From Camelus dromedarius (taxonomy: Eukaryota): a stretch of 64,000 nucleotides of DNA. Below are positions 1-13,319 of the stretch, in pieces. The stretch's first letter is position 1; the number at the start of each line of letters is the position of its first letter. Made by a program: the position numbers and the translations under genes. The notes beneath the pieces are model-generated. The model was given only the letters and a program-made list of their open reading frames with translations. It did not search any database and was not told the DNA's origin. Where the stretch lies: positions 62,126,001 through 62,190,000 of the forward strand of contig NC_087436.1 in NCBI RefSeq assembly GCF_036321535.1, in the 5' to 3' direction.

Positions 1-409
1 ATTATAGTTAACACAAACATGATTACCAATGCTTTTGTAACTCCAAATAATTTATATACAATGTAAATATTACATTGAGAATATGAACTATTCTCTCTAG
101 AATAGTTGTTGTTTTGAAGATAAAATTCTGAAAGATATCAAACAATCTTCTTAATATGAGCTTGCTTTATAGTCACAGAAAGTGTGTAGTTTCTTCATGT
201 TTCCTTCAAAAATATATTGGAAGGAATATAAACTAAACCAGGATACAACAGGCCACTTTTACTCTTTATCTAGAGTGACTTTTTTGCCCACTTACATATT
301 GAACATAGATACAGGAATAAGTGAAGATATAGATATATTTTTCTCAGGTAAATAGATACATAGTTAGACGTATCATCAATTTTTTCATCTTTTAATAAAA
401 CGATTTTAT

Positions 410-1597
410 ACTCTGGTAACTCCAGTGTGTGTGTCATATCTGAGTCTGGTTCAGTGAATTCTTTGTCTCTTTGGTTTTTTTTTTTTTTTTTTTTGAATTG
501 CCTTTCAGCGTGCCTTGGATATTTCTTTCATTAGAAACTAGATGCATTGTGGATTATGAGGCTAGTAGAACTTTAGTGTGAGGAATTATGCTTATCTGGC
601 TGAGACATAGTTGATGTCTGTGGTAGTTAGGTGGATGAATGGCTTAAAATTTCTCTCCCAAACTTACTTATCTTTCCCTTCTTGGCCTTGAGGCTTCTCT
701 ATGTACTGCTCTTCCAAGTTTCTAAAAAGCTCTTCTCTGTAATCCTCTGTTATTGTGACTGGACTTTATTAATATGGTGGTAAGATATGAAGGGGGGGTG
801 TTCTCTAGTCATGAGTTATAACTCAATCTTTAGTCTTGGGAGAGTGGCCTTCACAAGTTTTCTGTCCCTCCTTCAAGGTTCAGCCTTTTTCTCCCTACGC
901 CTTAACTTATTCCCAGGCTGCAGTGGGTATGCTCCCGTTTCTCCAGTCTGTGTCCCTGAAGCCCTCTCTTCATATTAGGGCTTTTTCCCTCTAGATGAGA
1001 CAGTGCTGAAAATCGGCAGAGCAGAGTTCTTTTTCTACATTTGAGATAGAACGACACTGGTGATCTCTGGTGATGTGTAAACTTCGGGGATTAAGTGATT
1101 GGCCTGTAAGGGAGAGAGTGGTTGGTCTGGTGGATTTCAGGGTGACACGCATCCCTCTCTCTCGCCGGAGCTCTTGGTGGGAGGCACGGGAGGCTTTCTC
1201 CACATTCTTCCCAGTCTTCCCTGTGCGAGCCTCGCGAAGTTCCTAGGGGAAAATCCGCAGAACTGTGCCCCCTGCCCTGTGAATACAGCCCCCAGAGGGT
1301 TTTACTCTCACCTTAGCTCATACTTGTCCTCCAGCAACTAATCAAAATTTGTAGTTTAATGTTTCTACTGGCTTGTATGAATGACTTTTAGCTACCCTCT
1401 CAAGATAAGCAATTACTCACACCTTGTGTTTCCCTGGAGGTATCTGTCTCTCCAGATTTCAGGATGGTAGCTTCCTCTGCAACCTCTTTTCTCTAATGGG
1501 TCCAAGAAAAGTTGTTGTTTTTCAGTTTGCCCAGCTTGTCGTAAGAATGAGGATGATGAGGTCCAAGCTTTTTACTTTTCCTAATTGAAACCAGAGT
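410..1597 (-). mobile_element. Old L1 (L1MC/L1MD/L1M4-type) 5' end remnant
   Basis: The right end (gatgatgaggtccaagctttttac...gaaaccagag, tctctccagatttcaggatggtagcttcctctgcaacctc) resembles the L1M 5' terminus in reverse, and it aligns by eye with the + strand copy at ~30755. Confidence 0.7.
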
Positions 1598-2373
1598 GTT
1601 TACAAGATATTTTAGGTGAATAGTAACAACAACAACAAAAATGAGTCGATGAAATGATTATTATCATAAAAGAAGCAGTGATTACACCATACAATTGTAA
1701 TAGTTTTTCACTCTAGTTAGAACAAAGAGTGGTATTATTTTCTTCTTTCTACTTTCTACTTTTCTGTTCTTTCTCAGTTTTCTACAACAAATATATCTGT
1801 AATTAATTCTATACAGAGCATGTGGTATATGCTTACTCTATTTCAAAATCATATTAAAACAAATAGTATAAAAACAAATATCTGAGATTTAAAAAAAAGA
1901 GAAAAAGAAAAAGAAACAATAAGCATTCAAAGAGTGTGTTAACTTAACCAAAGGAACTGATGTTCACATTTGTTTCTAAACTTCTAGGCAGCAAGAGAAA
2001 AAATGAGATAAACATGAAAAATTACCTAGTGTTCTTCAGAAAGTCCTCAGAGAAATAAAAAACTTCTTAGTGCAAAATTACACAGTACATTTCTGACTTG
2101 GAAATATATTTCATAGGCAAAATTGTAAAATGGATAATGTCTTCAAAAATGTGACAATGAACTTTACAGTTATAGTAATTCTTGCAAATGTAGATAAAAG
2201 TCAAAAGCCAAACATAAATGATGGTCACAATTATAGATTAATCAGTGAAGACAGTTTTGTAAGTGATAAACTAATTTGGTCCAAGTATTCATTCTAATAA
2301 TGAGTCCTAATTATTCATTTTTATCTTAGAATAAGATTTATAAAATCCATGGGAGGAGATATTACATACTGAA

Positions 2374-2873
2374 TGTTGTTTTAGCCCACTTCCAAGATAA
2401 CTCTCAGTAATAACAAAATACTTCTGGTATTCAATGCATTGTGTAGTAGTCTCCACTCACATTGTATCAGGTTTGGTCTGTATGATCAATAAAACATAGC
2501 AGAAATGAACCACAAATGTGGCTTCTGAGAATGGGATACAAAAGGCAATGTGACTTATTCTATGATGTCTTTCTCTTGGAGGTTTTGTTCTGGTGGAAAC
2601 AAGCTGTCATGTCATAACTACACTCAAGCATCCCTGTGGAGAGATCCATGTGGCAAGGAACTGGAGACTTCTGCCAACAACCCTTGGAAGCGAAACTTTT
2701 AGCCTAAAATAAGCTTTCAGATGACTGCAGTGGAGGCCAACATCTTGACAACAACCTCGTTAGAGTCTGAGACTGAACCATCCAACTAAGCTACTGCCAA
2801 ATTTCAGACCCACAAATATCAGTGTTGTTTTAAGCTGCTAAGTTTTGTTACCCAGCAATATATAACTAATTCA
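2374..2873 (+). mobile_element. MaLR solo LTR, MLT1F-like
   Basis: Contains gtggagagatccatgtggcaaggaactg, cagatgactgcag and the MLT1 3' end tgttgttttaagctgctaagttttg...cagcaatatataactaattca. Confidence 0.8.
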
Positions 2874-4218
2874 TATTTCTTTTTTTAAGTTGTCCCTAAA
2901 TTCCATATGTCTCATCTAGATTTGGGACAGGAACTGGAGAGCAGGGCATGGTTGGACTTCTGAAAAACTGGTTTTTAGTATTGCTTTTATTCTTACACAC
3001 TGGTGGAATGTAGCGTATTTTGCTTTCAGAATAAGATCTTACCAGTTTAGGAACTTCACTAACTCTTACTGAAATTAAAGATCATTAAAACAATTAGGTA
3101 AAAGTGGGTTATATTCATTTACGTAATTAATATTTAAATTTCAATTTACTAAATAATAAATTTAAATAAATATTTATAGCATGCTTTCTCCCAAGCGTTG
3201 TATCAGCATTAGGTCATGCAGGAATACAGACTTATACTTTCTCCTTTTTTGTGAAATGGTTCTACTCCTGTTCTACTTCATAAGCAGGTTCTCGGTTGAA
3301 TAATCAGAGGTGTTACACCAAAAACGTGGACAGTGAAATGCTGGGCTTAGAAATTTTCAATAGTCTTTACAACACTGGGGAAAAAATCAATATACCTCTC
3401 ATGGATTATCTGATTTTAAGCAACTTGGTTTCTTAGTGCACCTGCCAGGATTAATTATGAGCAAACTGTTCCTCTAAGTAGCTGAATGAACTGACTTACT
3501 ATATGAAGTAATTTGATAGAAACCTGCTGATTTTAGTAGACTACCTATCAAAACCAATGATTTTGGTTTAAGAATAATTATCATTGAGCCCTTATGTTTG
3601 ATTGTACATTTATATAAAAATAAAAAACAAAAAGATGAGAAGGAAGCAAAAATACTGGCTTGGAGAAGATTTTGATGAATAAAAGTAGGCATGTCTTCAA
3701 TCTCAAAGAGTACTTATTCAATGTAAGTGTGTAGTAGTAGTTTCTGATAGCCCCTATTAATTTTAGGCAGAAAGTAGAACATAATTGACATAGATTCTTA
3801 TTTGTTTCAAAATCCATGTCAACATGGTTAAGTTAAATATACAAACATACATTTTCAAAAGTTAAACAATAACATTTTAGACACAGTCACTGTTCTGCCC
3901 ATGTGGATTGTATGCACATACACTTCTGCCCCAGCACCAGTGTGATCCTCTCTACTTCAAGCTTTAATGTCTAGAGCTGACTAAAAACTATTCATAATTA
4001 CTCTATCGAATGTACCATACTTCACTCAGATAGATGATAGCTCTGGAAAAAAAAAAAAAAGGAGCATCAATGCAGAAAGAACTCAAAAGCACTTCAGTAA
4101 TTTGCCATTACTGGGGTGTATGATGTTTCAGATAAGCAAAAATTTTCTGATTACGGAAAATTGGCTCATTTTCACTAAAAGGACCACAACAAATATATAT
4201 ATTTTTTTGAGGGGAAAA

Positions 4219-4700
4219 GGGCAAGAGTACAGATGGAAGTTCCAAACTGCTAAATAAAGTATGTTCAATCCTTTATGCAGTAAACTTCCATAATAACAAA
4301 ACTGAAAAATATGTATAATTTATAATTTTATATGATTAAGAGTGGACAGAATAATAAAGATTAGTGAAGATGGTTATAATTGCATGGATCTAGGGGGTTC
4401 TGTTAATATTTCAGTAACGTTTAAATGAGTATTAAAGATACATTTTTAACAAAAACATTTATTCTATGAAATGTTTTTTGTCTTAGTTCAACAAAATTGC
4501 TAATAATGTTTTTACAATCATTGTCAAATCTTAGATAGATTTTTATTAATTTTAATTTGTAAAAAAATTTGCTCTGTTGGGACAATAACAATTGGAGTTT
4601 TCTACAAAATTCCTATAGTATTTCTAAATTCATGAAAATAAAGCATACATTTTACACATCATATGGAGACATTTTAATGTGGTTCCATACATTTAAAAAA
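4219..4700. mobile_element. Possible ancient hAT-type DNA transposon remnant
   Basis: gggcaagagtacagatggaag...aaactgctaaataaagtatgttc resembles a remembered hAT-Tip100-like consensus. The extent is uncertain. Confidence 0.3.
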
Positions 4701-5279
4701 TACTGTCAATAATATTGTTAACCATGTACATCCCAAAAGACCACCATAAAAACATGTTAATTTAGCAAAGTTTAGACTACAGAAAGGAGAATAATACCTT
4801 GACTGAATCTTTTCTGTGCTTCTGAAAGGAGAGTTCAAGGAAATAAACACTTGTGTATATATATAAATTTGTATTTTTATATTTATTGATAAATGTATAT
4901 GTTATATACATTTGTGTACATTTATATTTATATATAAATGTATATATGTATACATTATATCTTTTAATGTGTTGAGAATTGAAAACAAATACAATCAAAA
5001 TTTTACTTTTTATAATATCTAATTAATTGGACTTTAAAGAAAAATATCAAATCAAGACTAAATTTCACCTGTAAGCCAGCATTTATGACCGCAGCCTTGA
5101 ACGCTGACTTGAGTAGATTCTGTCATCTATGGGTTTAGATTGAGTGTCACAATGAATTCACATGTCTACCAAGGACACCAATAGAAGAAGTTTCAGCAAA
5201 GTTGTGTTCGTCAGCTTTGTAATCTAGTTTAATACCCTTATGGATGTTCTGGTAGATGTTTGGGGCTCTGTATAAATTG

Positions 5280-5600
5280 AGCTAAGCTCAGCTGTGGTGA
5301 GGCAAACATCCACAAACATAAATGAATTAAAGTAAAACATTATTTCTTGCTGAGATACATATTAATTGTGAGTTATGGTGGTGGGGGGAGCACATCTCTG
5401 CTCCTGCTCACTCAGGTACTCACATCTCCACGGCAGGGGTGGAAGTATATGATTTAATTATGTTCTGCCTCTCAAAGACTTATCTAAAAGTGACTCTTCT
5501 CACATTTCATTGGCTCAATTGGTAATGATTAACTTCAAGGAGTTAGAGAACTCACCATGTGCCAGGAAAGAAGAGAAATAGCCCCATGTGTCAATGATCT
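5280..5600 (-). mobile_element. Old MaLR LTR (MLT1K/L-like)
   Basis: Motifs ttctcacatttcattggc, aacttcaagg and accatgtgccaggaaagaagag. Confidence 0.55.
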
Positions 5601-6643
5601 CTGAATCCATGTCATAGTATAGTGGCTTTTGAAACAAAGTTATGTTTTGTAGCTTTATCAGAGTTGTGGTTACCAAAAGTCTGTTATTTAGATTACTGAA
5701 ACATTTCCATATTTTATTAAGTAAAGCAAAATTATAAAAAAATTAAAGTAAAATTTCAGGCTGATTTCTCATTGTTCAAACTTGTTTAGAAGCCAGAGAA
5801 GCAAAATTAGTGAATCTATTTTCAGTATGTCAGCAATTATAGGAAAAATAGTACCTTACTCCCAGAAAACTTAAGTGTATTAGTATAATTTTTCTAATCA
5901 CCATTTCCTGTAAACTATATTTCAGTAATAGCAATCTATGTTTCAAGCAGCCTATTTCTCTATAATTTAAAATTAGAACTGGAAGAAATAGTTAAGTGGA
6001 TTTATATCAGGACAAAAGAATGATATTTGGATTACATAGCAACAGAAAGAAGTTTTATCCCTTACATGGTTTTAAATAGTGGTTTCTCCATGTAGACTGC
6101 AAGGAAATACAAAACCATATTACATTACTGTTATATTTACACATTTAATAGTTTATAGATTTTTTAATTTTATAAACTGGAAGGTTTCTTTCCTCCTTCA
6201 AAGCCAGTTAGAAAGAAGTTAACAAAGCATTAAGTGTACACATGTTATGGATCTAGTTGTAGCATTTCTAGGATATACAGATAAATTTAAAAACTGAAAA
6301 TCACTTCCATATTTTACTTTCTGCTATTCTGAATTTGAATATGGCTTTGTGTATGTGAGTGTGGAAAGACAGACATGATTAAATACAGGTTCCTTAATAA
6401 CTTGCTAAGTTGCATGTTATTATAGGAAAAACATTGATTTGGGCATTTTGCTTGTTGAACATGATCATCTATATAACTTATTGAATATCAGCATATACAA
6501 TTAGATAATGATATGTTTATAAATTGTTCCATAGTGGTTGGCAAATAAATTGAAGACAATTACAGTGATTATCAATCAGGATTGCTGATCTGTCCAGATC
6601 CATTTTAACTGTGAATTAACAGAAATAACAACAGCAAAAATAT

Positions 6644-7985
6644 GTTTTATTGAAGTATAGCTGATTTATAATGATGTGTAGGACTTTTTGTTTGTTTATT
6701 TTGTATATAGTAGTTTGTATCTGCTAATCTCAAACTCCTAATTTATCCCTCCCCCACGCCTTTCCCTCTTTGGTAACCATAAGTTTGTTTTCCATGTCTG
6801 AATCTGTTTCTGTTTTGTAAGTAAGTTCATTTGTGCCACATTTTAGATTCCACATATAAGTGATATCATATGGTATTTGTCTTTCTCTTTTTGTCTTACT
6901 TCATTTAATACGATAATCTTTAGGTCCATCCATGTTGCTGCAAATGGCATTATTTCATTCTTTTTTATGACTGAGAAATATTCCATTCTGTCTCTCACTC
7001 TCTATCTTTTATATATATATATAAAATCTATCCATTTATCTGTCAATGGACATTTAGATTGTTTCCATGTCTTGGCTATTGCAAATAGTGCTGCTGTGAA
7101 CACTGTGGTGCATGTATCTTTTCAGATTAATTTCCTACTGATATTTGCCCAGGAGTGGAATTGCTGGATCATATGGCAACTCTATTTTTAGTGTTTTAAG
7201 GAACCTTCATACTGTTTTCCATAGTGGCTGCACCAAATCACATTCCCACCAATAGTGTAGCTGAGTTTCCTTTCTCCACACCCTCTCCAGCATTTATTGT
7301 TCATGGACTTTTGAATGATGGCCATTCTGACTGGTGTGAGGTGATACCTCCTTGTAGTTTTAATTTGCTTTTCTCTAATAGTTAGCAATGTTGAGCATCT
7401 TTCATGTGCCTATTGGCCATTTGTATTTCTTCTTTGGAGAAATGTCTATTTAGGTCTTCTCCCCATTTTTGATTGAGTTATTTTTGTTTGTTTGTTTGTT
7501 TGTTTTTATTGAGTTATATGAGCTGTTTGTATATTCTGGAAGTTAAGTCCTTATCAGTGGCATCATTTGTAAATATTTTCTCCCAGCCCATAGGTTGTCT
7601 TTTCATTTTGTTTATGGTTTTCTTTGCTGTGCAAAAGCTTTATAGGTTTGATTAGTTTCTATGTGTTTATCTTGGCTTTTATTTCTAATGCATAGAGAGA
7701 CTGACTTAAGAAAACATTGGTGCAAATTAAGAGAGCTTTTTGCCTATGTTGTCTTCTAGGAGTTTTATGTGTCATGTCTTATATTTAAGTCTTTATGCTA
7801 TTTTGAATTTATTTTTGTGTATGGTGTGAGGGTGTGTTCTAATATCATTGATTTATAAGCGGCTGTCCAGCTTTCCCAACACCACTTGCTAAAGAGACTA
7901 TCTTTTCTCCATTGTATATTCTTGTCTCCTTTGTTAAAAATTAATTGACCAAACGTGTGTGGGTTTATTTCTGGGCTCTCTATTC
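6644..7985 (-). mobile_element. 5'-truncated L1 (ORF2 C-terminus plus 3' UTR) with 16-bp TSD
   Basis: ORF 7188-7388(-) encodes [12 protein letters not shown]...NKCWRGCGE, the L1 ORF2 C-terminal region. A perfect direct repeat acaacagcaaaaatat lies at 6628-6643 and 7986-8001, and the right copy continues as TTTT/GA, an L1 endonuclease-type site. Confidence 0.95.
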
Positions 7986-8339
7986 ACAACAGCAAAAATA
8001 TTTTGACACATTTTTGTGACAGATGATTTTTTCCCATATCTTAGAAAAAAAGAAAAGAATTGTTTAGTTTACAGTGTTATTCCTTCCAGCAATATGAGGA
8101 GCCAGGTACTTGAAGTATCAGGATAACAAGCCATGTAGGCTGAAATTCATAGTCTTTCAAACTAATCCTGTATGAATAACCTGTAGACACCTCCACTGTC
8201 TATCATCAAGGTTGTTAAGATATACTAGGGTCATTTTGGCATTGATTTGCTGGATATAAAATTATCACTGTCTTCATCTTATTTGGTAACAACACAGTGA
8301 TATGTTAATATATGTGCTTTAGACAAAAAATTAATGACT

Positions 8340-8545
8340 CCTGCACAGAGTTCTTTATATCATTACCTCATTTTATCTGTATGGCAAATACCCCTGCAAA
8401 ATAGTCATTATTAGACTTAACTTTAACGATGAATAGCAAAGTGCTCAGAGAGCTTATGTGGCTTCTCTAGAGTCCCCCAGCTAGTTATCAGAGGATTTAG
8501 AATACAATGTTGGATTTTAACACATGTCCTTTTTCCACTGTATTG
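8340..8545 (-). mobile_element. MIR SINE remnant
   Basis: Degenerate MIR core: ttaacgatgaatagcaaagtgctcagagagctt...agagtcccccagctagtt. Confidence 0.55.
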
Positions 8546-8659
8546 TACTGAATAAAGTCTAAAAAATTTTTCTTTTCTTGTGGCTCTGAGCAAATAGAAT
8601 TTCTTTTTTATCATGTGGTCTTAAATATATTTACATCAGTATTATAAACATTGGTACAG

Positions 8660-9162
8660 GTACAGATAGTATTTTCAAAAATTATCTAAATATTGTCTCC
8701 TATCCTGCTTTTTCCAGTGTGACCTTTGAAACTTCTCGTATGGAGAGGTGGCGGGTAGGTTTCCTCCCTTTGAGTCTGGGAGAGGATGTACTCCTGGCAG
8801 ATGTGATGCTCTGTTGACAATACACCTTCCACTTGGTTCTCATGGGATGCTTCCTTTTGGAACCTGGCCACCATGCTCTGAGGAATCCGAATCACTCTAT
8901 GGTAGAGGAACCAGGGTCCACAACACTGGCTGAGTTCCCAGCTGAAAGCCAGCACCAGCTTGCCAGCCACGTGAGTAAGCCATCTTGGAAGTGAGTCCTC
9001 TAGCCCCTATTTCAGCCACGCCAGCTGACAACATGCAGTGCAGAGATAATTGTCCCTGTCGAACCCTGCCCAAATTGAATATTTGGGACCAGGATAAATT
9101 ATTGTTCTTGTTTCGGACATTAAGCTTTGGGGTGGTTTGTTATGCAGCAATAGATAACTCAA
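8660..9162 (+). mobile_element. MaLR solo LTR, MLT1G/H-like
   Basis: Contains ttgccagccacgtgagtaagccatcttggaagtg, ccctgcccaaattg and taagctttggggtggtttgttatgcagcaatagataac. Confidence 0.85.
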
Positions 9163-10507
9163 ATGATTATCTAAGGTACAATTTTCTCCAAGGACAGTTT
9201 CAAATTCTATATATTTCAGGTAGAAGCACAAAATGATTTAACAGATATTTGTAAGAGTTTTTATTTGCTTACACTCACAACTACTCATCTAGGATGCGAC
9301 TTTGTTTTTTTTGGTCTAAACTACTGTAAAATAAAATATGCTCTACCTAACAATAGATAATTGCCTCATTAACTCATTAAAAGATTTTCTCTTGTTGAGA
9401 GAGTATGCATTTTAAAAGAGCACTTTCATAAGAGAAATATTTTAAAACCTCTGGTTTGGCAGGAAAATTCAAAGCTTAAAAGCATTGGTTGTATTCATGA
9501 AGCACTTTTCTTATTAATTGTTAGAGAATGCCAAGGTCCCTTGTGGAACACATGGCAAAACAAGCTGATTAAGAGGCTTAGTATTATTTTTAAATTACTT
9601 AATTGCCATTTAATGAAATAGGGAGCTCTGACTTCCATGCTACCTAATAAAATGGTTACTCTGCAAGGAATGAATTGCTGGTTGCACTGACCTTGCAGAG
9701 CAAGCTGGGTTTAAAGAAGCCACATAATACATTTCTACAATGATGGTATAGGGACTGAAAGCCATATTACTGGAAATGTGCATGTTAGCATTTATATCCC
9801 TTTTATAATTGCTCAAATAATGGCCAACATACATTAAGAAACGTCTGGGTATTCCACTGGGTGCCCTGATTGCAGTCAAACCACATATATGAACACCTCT
9901 TAATTGCCAAAGTAATTTCTAAGGAACTAAAAACACAGTTCATTTGCTTTTCCACCCTGCCCTTGGGAACCTGCAATTTTGCTTCATTACAACCACTCAA
10001 CCTTTAGCCCTCATCCACTCAAAATGGTTTGCAGTGTTTTATATATAATAAAATAGTACCCATAAGCAGCCATGAACAAATCTGTTATTTTTGTTAGCAC
10101 CACTGCTTCCAATTTTGAAATTAGCTAAGGTCGAAGCCAAGAATTTAGCCATATCAATGCATTTTTATTATATATGCCTACTTTAAATATATATAAATAT
10201 ATGCATATATATATATGTATATATATGAGTGATTTCCCTCTCACGTAGTGAATATATTTTTCCTTGCAGACCTGGGAGAGCAAATGCATATTTGAGAAGG
10301 GAGACTAGGCTACCTTCTGTTTTATTTACTGCAGCACCTAATCAAACCAACAAGCTTGGTAAGGAAAAGGAATTTGAGAAGGGCAGACTGTACTCAGATT
10401 TTCCGTCACTACTACGAAACACTAATTGCTGTGGTGAATTTACTGTTAGGTTTAAAAAATAAATCTAGGTATCTATTTCATATATGTGTGTGTGTGTGTA
10501 TATATAT

Positions 10508-10581
10508 ACATGCATACCCTTATGTAAATTAGTATATATGTCACATGCATACCCTTATGTAAATTAGTATATATGTCACAT
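10508..10581. repeat. Perfect 35-bp tandem duplication next to (TG)n/(TA)n
   Basis: acatgcatacccttatgtaaattagtatatatgtc occurs at 10508-10542 and 10543-10577, followed by acat. Confidence 0.95.
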
Positions 10582-10774
10582 ATATGACATATATACATAT
10601 ATATGTTTTGATTATGATCATATTTTCAATCTTTTTTATGTCCATCTTATTTTCTTTTTTAACCCTACTCCCATTATTCTCATTTTCAACTTTTTGTTTT
10701 CATCCCATAGTCTTGTCTTTCTGTCACTGTATAAGCCACCTCTTCCTGTATATATTATTTGCTTATTTGTTGGT

Positions 10775-11200
10775 AACTGTCCAGAATTAATTCCCTCATT
10801 CTCAGATAACAATACCCAGACTTGTCTTTTCCTCATCCACTCTTAGTTCAGGTTGAGGTTATGATGTACATTTGGCCAATGGAGAAAAAAAATACAGATC
10901 TGCTAGGAAAGACACATTCTCAGTCTACTACTTCTGTTAAGCTTATTGTAGTAACTGGTAGTCATCTTTAACCTCAAGTAAGGAAAGCATGACTAAGAAA
11001 GAAAACAGAGTAAGAGATGCAAACAGATTTTAATGGTTTAAGTATTTGGATCCCACATGGTTTAGTTATGGACCTCTCAGTTATGGCAACATCAGTCCCC
11101 TCCCTGCCACCCCCATCACCCCAGACAGATTCTTTTCTATTGTTGTTAAGTCAACTTCAGTTGTTTCTCTTACTTGCAACTAAAAATTTTCTGACTACAG
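10775..11200 (+). mobile_element. MaLR LTR, MLT1J-like
   Basis: Contains tttggccaatg, ggacctctcagttatg and the 3' end gttaagtcaacttcagttg...ttacttgcaactaaaa...ctgacta. Confidence 0.6.
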
Positions 11201-12364
11201 AATTCTTGATTGGTTTTCTTTTTCTTAGATTTCTTCCCTTTAGATCTCTCTGTTGTCTAGTACAACCCCCTAATCCCATGGTCTGTCAAATTTTATTTAG
11301 TTAACTTTACTTTTTCTTTTTTTGTTTTCAGTTTCATGTGGCATTATCTCCTTTTTCCCCTTAGTATTTCTTCCATTACTCTGGTACTAGCTTCATTCTT
11401 TTGCCTTCACTTATCTTTAGCTAGATCTGATGAAAACTGTTCTTCTCTAAGATACCCTTGCTTTTAGCAGCCAGCCCATTTTATAAGTAATAATGTCCAG
11501 AATCTTTTGGAACAAGAAAATTATCTTGAAATATATATGTAACTTAAGGGAAACTAGGGGTATATTATGCATGGTAATTATTAATAATAATTTATAATAA
11601 ACAAATAATACAGTTGCATTCTATATATTATATACATGAAATATGGAGGAATCTGAGTATCAACACATGTGTTTTTTAAAAATGATTGCATCTGCTCACA
11701 TTGAAAATTTTGCTGAAGAAAATTTCTTTCAAGCTGTCATTGAAATGAACTATGTTTATAAAAACCAAATTAAGTGTAATTAAAAATGATACATAAATGG
11801 AAATAGACATGTTCTCATCATGTTTAAATGACAATCAAGATTCATTATCCTTCAAATAGGAACTTATCTTTCCCTTGATCACAATTATCTTTGGTCCAAA
11901 ACATTCAACTAAATTCAAAGAGTACTTATTAATAAATGTGTAATTATAGCTGATAGTGACAAGTTTCACAGATCATCTGGGTAACATCCAAAATTCCAGA
12001 TAATTTTTGAGGGTTATCCAACTGTAAAAGGTCAAGAAGTCCAATTGAAAGTGTACCTTGTTATACTTGGGAACTAAAATATTAAATCAGACATACTCCT
12101 TGTGCTTAAAGCTAGAGTCTGTGACAGAAGATTTAAGCACAACATTACCCCATGATAAGTACTATCATAGTAACAAAAGTTACTATAGGGAGACCAGACG
12201 AAGTTATATCTCATTATTTCTGAGGGAGTTAATGAAAGACAGCATGAAGTGAAATAATACTTGGATAAGAGCATGAGGACACACTAAATACTGGGTAGAA
12301 GTGAGGAAGCTATTTCAGGCAGAGGGTTCTGAATGTTCAAAGAAATGAAAAGCTAAGAGCATAC

Positions 12365-12817
12365 TGACAAAGACTCTCTCTTTGATCAAAATTTAATCAG
12401 GTTCTTCTGAGCTTTTTTTTTAACTAGTCCTAGATTTTGGTCCCTGTCCTTTCTTTTGTCTGCCTAGCCCAATTTTAGTAAGCATCCTGCCTATTCAGTT
12501 CAACAAGAATCTTCTCACCCTTGATATCTGATCAATTTCTTTATCTCCTCACCTTTAATATATAAATCCTTGGCCTGCCTTTAACAAAAATCCTGTTTAG
12601 GCCAGTTTAGTAAAAATCACCACCCCAACCCCACAAGCTTGATGTCTCCTCTTAGTAATTTTCCATCCATTACCATTCACATTGGCTATAAATCCCCAGT
12701 TGCATTTCTTGTATTCAAAGTTGAGCACAGCCACTCCTTACTGCTCCTATTGCAGCAGTCTTGAGTAAAGTCTTCTTTGCCATTTTAACAACTGTCAGAA
12801 TAGTTTTTTCTTTAACA
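12365..12817 (+). mobile_element. ERV1 solo LTR, MER31-like
   Basis: Starts tgacaaagactctctc and ends ttctttaaca (TG...CA). It has internal cccttgatatctgatca repeats and a TATA-like ctataaat. The flanking 4-mers are atac/atat (TSD with 1 mismatch). Confidence 0.85.
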
Positions 12818-13319
12818 ATATGACACATCTGAAAATCTTTATTCAGTATGACTTAAAAATTGTGAGAATTCAAATTTTTCTTATGCTTAGGAACTTGCAG
12901 TGTGTTTCAGGAGACTGATAAATATTAAGCATAATGCAGACAAAATGCAATAAAGTTTAAAATAAAGACAAAGATAAATATTTTTAGGCTCTGGGAAGCC
13001 ATTTAATTCTAATTTGGTAAGAACTGGGATGATTTCAAGGAGAAAGAAACATTTTAGCAAGCCATCAGGGAAGAATAACATGTCAATAAGCAGAGAAGTG
13101 AGTGACAGTGGCGAAATGCATTCTAGCCAGAGGGAAATGAGTATTTTAAGCCATTGAATCTTAAAAGCTTAGAGACTGTTGGGAAACCAAATGCTATCAG
13201 TATAGTGAATAAAGTAAGTTTTGAATTTGGAAAAGTAGAGTGAGAAAATTCAGCTAATATTTTCTTTAAAGATGACAGACTGGACACAAGTGTCTCCTTT
13301 CATTCTCTATCAAAGTGTC

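Noticed and set aside
1140..1270. CpG-enriched patch as a CpG-island promoter
   Set aside because: It is too short and lies inside an old L1 5' remnant.
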